Source: Selaginella moellendorffii (taxonomy: Eukaryota; Plantae; Lycopodiophyta). From it: a stretch of DNA of 20,893 bases. Shown here piece by piece: positions 1 through 8,904 of the stretch. The number at the start of each line of letters is the position of its first letter. Position 1 is the stretch's first letter. Under the pieces are notes generated by a model that made no database searches, had not been told where the DNA came from, and was given only the letters and a program-made list of their open reading frames with translations. The position numbers were made by a program, and so were the translations under genes. The stretch lies in contig NW_003314506.1 in the NCBI RefSeq assembly GCF_000143415.4, positions 1 through 20,893 on the forward strand, read 5' to 3'.

Positions 1-1758
1 ACAGGCAGTTAGAGTTGTTTACACGGTCACGCCCTTTCAACGGAATAAGGAACATCGACAAAGAGGCGGGTTATGTGACCAGTCGACAGTAGCTACCCCA
101 TGACTAGAGATTTCAACATGCACACGAAGTGCCGAAGCCAGTCTGCCTATACTGGCCCAAACTCAAAGATCAATATATATGGACTATATCAAAGTCATAA
201 ACAATGATATCTTAGAGATTGAATTATCAGTGAATAAAGCTTTAAATTAGAACACAAAAGTATTCCAAGTAAGTTATCATCCGATAAACTAGTATTATAG
301 TGCAAGAACCACCAAGATCAGCATAATTGGTAAACATAGGAATCACCATCCAACAAAATTCAATAGCAAGTAGATCATCAAGGAAACTCAATGATAAAGT
401 TTAACTATTAAAGATTGCAGACAGAATGCTAAACAACTTACGAAAGATAACTCAAAGAACACAAAGTATCATTGATTGACAAGCAAAATGCTCGCGAATG
501 TATCACCCAAAGGAAATAACATCCAAATCTATCAAAACTAACTCAAGCAATAATCAACAGAACAAAATGAATGTTGCAAAGCAAACAAATATAGTGTTCA
601 TGCCAATCATCGCACTAGCCAATCCAGATAGATCCCAGCCAATAACACCAAGGAACTCAAGTTGCCTAAGCAAGTGTTAGCAACATCCTACTGATGTCTC
701 AAACCCAAGAGACCAATCCAGAGCAAACCACAAAGAACATGTGGTATTGCGAAAAGCCAAAAGCCATCAAAGAGAACAATTAACTATCATGAAAGATCAT
801 CAATCATTCCATCAATAAAGAGATGCATAATCATCGTCTAAGAAGGAATCCACCATCCCGAAGAACGGCAAACCATTCTATACCAACAATAATCAAGCAA
901 AACTTTTTGACATGAATAATCAATTATCCTAGATGATAGTCAATCATCACCAATGATTGCTACATGTAAATACTAACTTCAACATCGAAGCTAATGAGCC
1001 AAAATGCCTTCCCCAACAACTTCTAACAAATGGAACGATGAGCATAAAACTCAAAGAACCAAAGCTCGAAGAAGCCTATAGCTAAGTCTTGCCTAATAAT
1101 GATCACGAGTCTTTGCATGAACTAATTTCAATGCTAAAGAAGAAACCATGGTGCAACCCACAATGTCTTCTTCAACACATCCATAAGCCAAACTTCATAA
1201 TGCCAAAGCTAATGAAGAGCATTTCTGCATCAATCCAAAAGCTAAGCATAACAAAGCTATGCTTAACAAGTGATCATCAAACGATCCTCCATGAATCCAT
1301 CTATAGCAAGACGTAACTCACTTCATAACAAGCTCAAAAAGAATCATTAATGATTGCTATATTCCGAACTCAAATCTAGCAAGGACTCAACATTCTAATA
1401 TCGATCACTAACTCTTCTTCTCGTAGAGTTAGCATAGTCCATGACTAAATCACTTTTCAAGGAAAAGCTAAAGCTCAACCCTCTACTAAATAATCTCGTC
1501 TAGAACACAACTAACTCAACTTGCCACTTAGTTCATTTGAACGTCAACACAATTGCTAACTAGCAAATGCATGAATGCCAACAACACAAAGCTAAAGCCA
1601 AATCATCAACACTTTTTATCAAGACTAATGAAACTCAATATCAATCCTAAGGAAAGACATTTCATTTCACTCAAGTCTCAATATCAACAATATCAATGAC
1701 AAGGCATCACTTCAACGCTATTAACACCAAAACAAAGCTAGAAGAAAGCATGAGTGAA

Positions 1759-2085
1759 TCACCACTCGGAGCTTTCCAGCAACCAAGCTAACCAAGGTCG
1801 AAGATACTTTAATTAGTAACCGAGACCAATCCTTTAACAATACTCAGTTACAGATAACACATCATCAAGGAGTGATTCACCACGTCCAAGACTCAATGAA
1901 ATCCAACACTACGGACTAAATGTAACCAAATGATATCGACAGAGGTAGAGTCGACATGTCAACATGGAAAACCCATGTATGTCTAACGACACGATCCTCC
2001 GCAACACTATTCGGTAAAGCAAGCCCACCACTGCTAAATCATCATCGAGCAAAGCAAGTGTCAACGGTCCTTGATGAAGTCTACA
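1759..2085 (-). pseudogene. Degenerate integrase C-terminus (GPY/F-like) plus chromodomain remnant
   Basis: The minus strand reads GPLTL..AVVGLLYRIVL (cf. GPF.I..RVG.VAYRL.L), then IH/VFHV across a 1-bp frameshift (~1957-1982). It then reads KYLRPWLAWLLESSEW* at 1759-1812, which has the YLxxW-x9-W spacing of retrotransposon chromodomains. Confidence 0.5.
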
Positions 2086-3254
2086 AGTAATCACTAGTCG
2101 CAAAGCAACTAACAATCACTCCTCAACTTGCGTTCACAAGACTCAAACACCAACTCTTGTCATCAAGTTATATACTTATCTAGCATAAACATAATACCTC
2201 AAACATGAGATAAAAGTTCATGGACAAGCACAAGCTAAATGACCACTCGAATCCAACTCAACCGTAATAAGCTCACTAAAACATTTAGCCACTAGCTCTG
2301 AGCATGCCTTGAAGAGGCTAGCTATGCATGATCAACACTCAGTCGAAACTAAAGTGAAGACCATAAGATGGACTCATATCGGTACACAACCTCCTCATAG
2401 ACAAAGCTATAGTACGGGTACCAACATCGCAACCTTAAACAACTAAGTTGGACATCACCATCCTCAGCCAAGGCGCAGGGCCACCAAGACCAAGTTAAGA
2501 TCAGTGAGAGCTCACTACTCTCATAGAGTCTTAGCGAAATGCAAGGTGCAACTTGCCACCGAGCATAATGCTACAAAAGAAAGGCACAAGAGTCACCCTT
2601 CTTAGAAAAGTGCAACGGCCACTTTTCTACACTAACTCCAGACTCTATCCAACTCAATTGCCTTAGCCCCAAAAGTCAGCATCCCTTTCGGGTCGCATCA
2701 TACAAACTACTTACTAAGATCTAAGCCAACCGAAGTCAACTCCAACCCCCTTTCACTAGTTTGTACTGGCTTTCGAAAACGGAATGGTTTTCGGACAAAA
2801 TGATCAATAGACCAGCCATTGGAAAAGTCTAAGAAAATTTGTGGAAAATTTCCCATCCTAGAGAAAGAATGACTCTCAGTCCAGGATTGCAAACTTTCAA
2901 GACTCAACCAACTTCCTCCTACCAACAACTTCACATAGGCTCACCTCAACACAAATTCTCATGATCGAACAACATGCTTAAGCATCGAACATCTTTGCCC
3001 ATATAACCGACATCCAACACCGACATCCGCAAAGTGCAAAATGAACATCCAAGGCTTGATCACGAAGACCACATCTTCGGATATCCACATTGCACTAACA
3101 CTCTTCTTCAACCACCTTCAAGATCCAATGTGAAGCCAAAACACTAACAAGAAAAATGACATGGAAAATCAAGCTCTAAGGAAAATTCCTCATCACTCGA
3201 ATCAACAATGCCACTTCCACTAACACAAGTGCTAGCGATGTCAATGCGTCAACC

Positions 3255-3491
3255 TCACATCTTCTCCATCCAATAATCTACTCCAAGTGCTAACGGATCA
3301 ACAGATGAGCTATAACAAATGAATGCTACAACCCATTCCCAACACCTTATGGGCAAACCCTCAAGGAAACAAGGTACCAACTTAAGCTTAGCATAATGGA
3401 CCGCCATTGAGAATCCAGTCAAAGCTTCTACAATGCTACTTCGTGCAAGTAGACTAGCTTCTCCATCAACCACTTTGGGGTTGATCATCAT
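3255..3491 (-). pseudogene. Degenerate retrotransposon gag fragment
   Basis: AKLKLVPCFLEGLPIRCWEW resembles the gag K..LA..YLEG.A..WW.W motif. A further GLR motif lies near 3060-3075. The position ~1.1 kb downstream of the PBS fits. Confidence 0.45.
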
Positions 3492-4622
3492 TTAATCAAG
3501 CAACTTCGTAAACACATTGCTCATTATCACATGGATATGATATAAATCACAATGACTTGATCATCAATTGAGTAACGCAATGAGCAAGGCTTATGTCATT
3601 ACTTCAAACGTTCATGTGAATATCAAATGCCAACTCGATTCGACAAAATGCAACATAAATGCCACACTCCACCAATAGAGGTTTACGACACCCAACACCA
3701 CTAACTTTTGTTCACAACACGGACAAGCTCATGCCACTCTCTATCCGACCAATCTCAAAACTAATCCAACACCAAGCTACTCAAGGAGCAATAGCAAGGT
3801 TCCCCGGAAAAGAATTGAGCACTGCAACCCAAGTCTTCCAATAGCGAGCCTAGACAAAATGGTTTAGTGTTTCACCACTATCCATCCCATAACTCACCAC
3901 TTGTAAGACCATCATTTCCAACATGCATCAAGGTAGGGACTCTTGATTGCATAATGTGAACACAAGCAATGAGTTAACACCTCGTTGCAAATCATCTCTC
4001 CAAGAAGAGAAAATGATTTACGTATTTGATCCTCCGTCCCCGATGACTCTCTTTTCGGTCTCATCTTTTGACCAAACCTCAAGCTTGCTTTCGCACTGCT
4101 TTTAGTCCAGTCCAAGAAAAGCTTATGAGAGAGCACGGCAATGATTACTTGAACCAATAGACTAATCCCTACAGTCTTGATTGATCCACTTATAACCATA
4201 CCTAGGAAGGATCCACTAGTGCCGTGCTAAACAGCTACGGACCAGCCTATTTGCCACTCATAGCAAACCCAGGGAGGTTTGCTTTCACCCATGGTACATG
4301 GAACAACTTACAGAACCACTGGAACCATCGATAGGCTTACATTAATCCTGCCAACTCAAAGTGTAACCTCAAGTTGCTAATGCGCCTCACTCACGAGCCC
4401 AAGCTCAAACTCGTGCAAATGGAACATCTCCAAACCATCCTATGAGCCCAAGCGCAAGCTCACATCATAAGGTACAACAAGGTAACCCAAAACCTATCCC
4501 AAGGAACCAATGCGAAGTCTTTGCACCATAACGTGTACCCACTCGGATCATCGTTTTCATCTCTGCGTATGCAACGAGACTAGTTGCCCAATCTCATTGA
4601 ATAGTACTCGCTGAGACTCATC

Positions 4623-4633
4623 CTCTGATACCA
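4623..4633 (-). other. Primer binding site (tRNA-iMet), copy 1
   Basis: CTCTGATACCA is the reverse complement of TGGTATCAGAG and lies 2 nt from the LTR end. Confidence 0.93.
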
Positions 4634-4635
4634 AA

Positions 4636-5191
4636 TGTGGCGCATGTGGTTTTGACCCTTTATCCTATGGTGATTTACCATAGGATAACACCACGAAGCG
4701 GAACCTAAGCCCTCTTTGTGCCACGTGACAGATGCCACGTGTCACATGCCACGTGTCCATGCCACGTGTCCACAGGAACCCGAGGTTCAGGGCCTTGGGC
4801 CACTGAACGAAGGAACAGTGCCAAACTCCCAAACATGGAGCCAAGGAGTGACGGAACCGAACCACGGAGCAACTCCCGAGCATAAAGCCCAAGGAGCGAA
4901 GGGACAGAAGCCCAGAGCGACTTGGAACAGTCCTAGAGCAACCAGCATCCCAATGCCAGGACCAGCATGCAAAACGGAGCCAAACGGAGTCTGGCGCTAT
5001 TTCGGCATACCGGTGGCCTAACGCGAGGATATGGGTACTCCACCAACTAGCATGGAATGGAACTTGGGCTTAGACCCAAGCCGGACGCAGAACAAGGACA
5101 GGCACGCAAGCAGGAGCTAGACTATGCCTCAGGTTGGTCGGCCATGCCCGACCTACCCACTATCCCTACTATACATTTGGAACCCCCCACA
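4636..5191 (-). mobile_element. LTR-A copy 1 (556 bp)
   Basis: Termini TGTGG...CCACA, bounded by the PBS on one side and a PPT on the other. Confidence 0.85.
4719..4770. promoter_or_regulatory. Array of four G-box/ABRE motifs (TGCCACGTG) in LTR-A copy 1
   Basis: TGCCACGTG at 4719, 4733, 4747 and 4760; three continue as GCCACGTGTC. Function is untested. Confidence 0.7.
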
Positions 5192-5192
5192 G

Positions 5193-5204
5193 CCCCCCCC
5201 CCTT
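5193..5204 (-). other. Polypurine tract, copy 1
   Basis: The minus strand reads AAGGGGGGGGGG-C-TGTGGGG, a purine run 1 nt before the LTR TG. Confidence 0.85.
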
Positions 5205-6507
5205 GAGGAACACACGCTTTGGGCTTTCACCCCAAGCCTCCCTTAGTATCAGGAGTTAGTCTCTGGGACAAACTCGAAACTTACTAAATATGGAATGTCC
5301 TTAGATTGCGAATTTGGACACGGGACAAACACCATTGTGTTCAGGCCGATCTCTACATTCTGTAGATATGCCAAATGAGCAAATCTGGACACTTTCCATA
5401 AATAGCATTTGGGACCGAAATGAGACTAACACAAAGGGCATGATAGCGAGGGTGTTTGGCAGACACGGTAAGCTATCATCTAGCGATGTTGAGGGACCAA
5501 TCTCAATATCACGGGGGTTCTTGATACTAGCAAGTGCAAGCCAATGACACAAGTTTCTCAAACCAGGCCGAGTATGCTCAGCAAGAAACACATAGGGTTC
5601 CTACCTTATGTTTATCCAATCTAAGTGCATGTTCATTGACCAGTTTCTCAACTAGTTCAAGTGGGAACTGATAACGGGTCCAGCAATACCGACCTCCTGC
5701 CATCGTGGCAGTAAGGTAAGAGTGTCCGTAAGGACTGGCCGACAGGTAACTTTCGATACCTGAAGTCAGTCCCATAACTCATCACTTGTAAGACCATCAT
5801 TTCCAACATGCATCAAGGTAGGGACTCTTGATTGCATAATGTGAACACAAGCAATGAGTTAACACCTCGTTGCAAATCATCTCTCCAAGAAGAGAAAATG
5901 ATTTACGTATTTGATCCTCCGTCCCCGATGACTCTCTTTTCGGTCTCATCTTTTGACCAAACCTCAAGCTTGCTTTCGCACTGCTTTTAGTCCAGTCCAA
6001 GAAAAGCTTATGAGAGAGCACGGCAATGATTACTTGAACCAATAGACTAATCCCTACAGTCTTGATTGATCCACTTATAACCATACCTAGGAAGGATCCA
6101 CTAGTGCCGTGCTAAACAGCTACGGACCAGCCTATTTGCCACTCATAGCAAACCCAGGGAGGTTTGCTTTCACCCATGGTACATGGAACAACTTACAGAA
6201 CCACTGGAACCATCGATAGGCTTACATTAATCCTGCCAACTCAAAGTGTAACCTCAAGTTGCTAATGCGCCTCACTCACGAGCCCAAGCTCAAACTCGTG
6301 CAAATGGAACATCTCCAAACCATCCTATGAGCCCAAGCGCAAGCTCACATCATAAGGTACAACAAGGTAACCCAAAACCTATCCCAAGGAACCAATGCGA
6401 AGTCTTTGCACCATAACGTGTACCCACTCGGATCATCGTTTTCATCTCTGCGTATGCAACGAGACTAGTTGCCCAATCTCATTGAATAGTACTCGCTGAG
6501 ACTCATC

Positions 6508-6518
6508 CTCTGATACCA
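6508..6518 (-). other. Primer binding site (tRNA-iMet), copy 2
   Basis: CTCTGATACCA, a duplicate of 4623-4633. Confidence 0.93.
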
Positions 6519-6520
6519 AA

Positions 6521-7076
6521 TGTGGCGCATGTGGTTTTGACCCTTTATCCTATGGTGATTTACCATAGGATAACACCACGAAGCGGAACCTAAGCCCTCT
6601 TTGTGCCACGTGACAGATGCCACGTGTCACATGCCACGTGTCCATGCCACGTGTCCACAGGAACCCGAGGTTCAGGGCCTTGGGCCACTGAACGAAGGAA
6701 CAGTGCCAAACTCCCAAACATGGAGCCAAGGAGTGACGGAACCGAACCACGGAGCAACTCCCGAGCATAAAGCCCAAGGAGCGAAGGGACAGAAGCCCAG
6801 AGCGACTTGGAACAGTCCTAGAGCAACCAGCATCCCAATGCCAGGACCAGCATGCAAAACGGAGCCAAACGGAGTCTGGCGCTATTTCGGCATACCGGTG
6901 GCCTAACGCGAGGATATGGGTACTCCACCAACTAGCATGGAATGGAACTTGGGCTTAGACCCAAGCCGGACGCAGAACAAGGACAGGCACGCAAGCAGGA
7001 GCTAGACTATGCCTCAGGTTGGTCGGCCATGCCCGACCTACCCACTATCCCTACTATACATTTGGAACCCCCCACA
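6521..7076 (-). mobile_element. LTR-A copy 2 (556 bp)
   Basis: Duplicate of 4636-5191, with the G-box array at 6604-6655 and the PPT at 7078-7089. Confidence 0.85.
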
Positions 7077-7946
7077 GCCCCCCCCCCTTGAGGAACACAC
7101 GCTTTGGGCTTTCACCCCAAGCCTCCCTTAGTATCAGGAGTTAGTCTCTGGGACAAACTCGAAACTTACTAAATATGGAATGTCCTTAGATTGCGAATTT
7201 GGACACGGGACAAACACCATTGTGTTCAGGCCGATCTCTACATTCTGTAGATATGCCAAATGAGCAAATCTGGACACTTTCCATAAATAGCATTTGGGAC
7301 CGAAATGAGACTAACACAAAGGGCATGATAGCGAGGGTGTTTGGCAGACACGGTAAGCTATCATCTAGCGATGTTGAGGGACCAATCTCAATATCACGGG
7401 GGTTCTTGATACTAGCAAGTGCAAGCCAATGACACAAGTTTCTCAAACCAGGCCGAGTATGCTCAGCAAGAAACACATAGGGTTCCTACCTTATGTTTAT
7501 CCAATCTAAGTGCATGTTCATTGACCAGTTTCTCAACTAGTTCAAGTGGGAACTGATAACGGGTCCAGCAATACCGACCTCCTGCCATCGTGGCAGTAAG
7601 GTAAGAGTGTCCGTAAGGACTGGCCGACAGGTAACTTTCGAGGTGCGCTATAGTTGGTATTAGAGAAAATGGCACGGGTTCGATTCCCATTGATTAGTGG
7701 CTATTTAAAAGTATAATATATCCTTGAGCAAGGTATATTTAAATTTGAAATCGTACGTATTGGGCATCCATGCGTACGTCCTTCCTCTTGTGTGGAGTAT
7801 CCACAGACGAAGGTATCCATCGTGGGATTGCGGTATGGGTGGATGATTAGTTACCTCACATAGAATAATTAGTTTACACAATGGAAGGATTGGTAGATTC
7901 AGTGCAAAAATGGAGGTGCTGGTTCCCCTTGGCTCAGTAGGGGTTG

Positions 7947-8314
7947 TTAGTCAATAGTCAATGAGGACATTGACATCTCTGAAGGGGGGGTGAATGTAGC
8001 GCATGTGATCATGGGATGACATTTGGATATACTGTCACCGTGTAGTCAATGAGGACATTGACATCTCTGAAGGGGGGGTGAGTGTAGCGCATGTGATCAT
8101 GGGATGAGATTTGGATATACTGTCACCGTTTAGTCAATAGTCAACGAGGACATTGACATCTTTGAAGGGGGGGTGAGTGTAGCGCATGTGATCATGGGAT
8201 GAGATTTGGATATACTGTCACCATGTAGTCAATAAGGACATTGACATCTTTGAAGGGGGGGGTGAGTGTAGCGCATGTGATCATGGGATGAAATTTGGAT
8301 ATACTGTCACCGTG
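7947..8314 (+). repeat. Four tandem ~88-96-bp units, each comprising the TRIM 3' interior, the PPT and the first ~48 bp of the LTR
   Basis: TAGTCAATGAGGACATTGACATCTYTGAAGGGGGGGTGAR-TGTAGCGCATGTGATCATGGGATGA.ATTTGGATATACTGTCACCRT is repeated. LTR TG starts are at 7995, 8083, 8178 and 8267. Confidence 0.95.
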
Positions 8315-8428
8315 AATCCTTGGAACCTTGGGGGATAAATAGGGATAAAATAGCCACTAAGGGCTCTCTCATCAAGCAATTGCCCCTTATCCAGTTGGCT
8401 TAAGGGGAGAGAAATAAAGTGCGTTACA
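8267..8428 (+). mobile_element. TRIM 3' LTR (162 bp)
   Basis: Termini TGTAGCGCAT...GTGCGTTACA. Both boundaries are independently confirmed by the same-length solo copy at 14288-14449. Confidence 0.92.
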
Positions 8429-8750
8429 CCAACCATGACTCAAGTTGAGGTAAACAACTTACGTCAGTATGGCCATCTTCACGCCACCACATTCGGATCT
8501 TGTTTGCTTTTGCCTCATGCTCTTCTTCAGAAGGTGCAGCTTGCCATTGTTTGCACAACTCCTTAAATGCTAATTGGAAATTTGGCTTGATAAGGTGGCA
8601 ATGTTGGTTTAGGCTCTGAGCCCAATGAAACTCACAAGTCCTTTCACGACCTTCTAGGGGTTGACCATTCCCAAAAACTGCTTGGATACCATTCCAATTA
8701 GCCCTAGCCCCATCTGCCATGAAACCGCAAAAGTTGGCAGGCTTACCAGT
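8429..8750 (-). pseudogene. MULE/Mutator-like transposase fragment, truncated by the TRIM LTR
   Basis: NFCGFMADGARANWNGIQAVFG...RERTCEFHWAQSL matches the MULE D...A..NAI..VF...CxxH signature. The frame is cut at 8428/8429 by the LTR. Confidence 0.75.
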
Positions 8751-8904
8751 CTACTTCAATACAATGTTGGAGAGGGACTTCCAAAATATTTCTTGAGCCA
8801 TCTGGTCTTGTACTTTAAACTCTGTTGTTGCAATTGTCAAGTTACAACGTAGTTTGTGAAAAGGGTAATGCTTAAAACCATTTTAAGATAATGAGAAAAA
8901 AAAC

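Larger units (their letters stand above)
1..4622 (-). mobile_element. Decayed, internally deleted Ty3/gypsy (chromovirus-like) LTR-retrotransposon internal region; continues left of the window
   Basis: Lies downstream (minus strand) of a TG..CA LTR and an iMet PBS. Gag-like, integrase-tail-like and chromodomain-like remnants occur in the expected order. Only ~2.6 kb separates the PBS from the integrase tail, too short for full gag-pol, and no RT or RNase H motif was recognised. Confidence 0.75.
3885..7641. repeat. Direct tandem duplication, period 1885 bp (3885-5756 and 5770-7641, with 13 unique bp between)
   Basis: Identical ORF translations recur at +1885. By eye the only difference seen is C3897/T5782. 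Confidence 0.97.
7642..8428 (+). mobile_element. TRIM (terminal-repeat retrotransposon in miniature) with nearly all of the 5' LTR missing
   Basis: GGTGCGCTATA (LTR-end-like, 7642-7652), then GT, then PBS TGGTATTAGAG (7655-7665). A ~315-bp non-coding interior follows, then PPT GAAGGGGGGGTGA and a short TG..CA LTR. Confidence 0.8.

Noticed and set aside
5011-5100. Twister ribozyme-like words (GCCTAAC, CTCCACC, CCCAAGCCGGA)
   Set aside because: The spacing is wrong and the 3' GGAGGG pairing strand is absent. CCCAAG is explained by the local hairpin CTTGGG-CTTAGA-CCCAAG.
5243-5254. Third PBS-like word TAGTATCAGGAG on the plus strand
   Set aside because: Mismatched and not adjacent to a CA LTR end.
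5660-5772. Hammerhead ribozyme (retrozyme)
   Set aside because: GTCC-GTAA-GGAC resembles stem II, but it is not flanked by CTGANGA and GAAA on either strand. No core motif was found in either LTR type.
4665-5775. Short ORFs in LTR-A and the adjacent segment, and their duplicates at 6550-7690
   Set aside because: They overlap on both strands within LTR/UTR sequence and have no recognisable motifs; chance ORFs.
7641-7710. tRNA gene or tRNA-derived SINE
   Set aside because: Only ~19 nt separate the D-loop-like and T-loop-like motifs, with no anticodon arm or acceptor stem. The A-box-like part is explained by the LTR end plus PBS.
7947-8314. CRISPR array
   Set aside because: The units are repeated over their full length with no unique spacers, the context is eukaryotic TE, and there are no cas genes.
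8267-8428. Cassandra element (5S rRNA domain in the LTR)
   Set aside because: No 5S A/IE/C-box similarity is visible in the 162-bp LTR.
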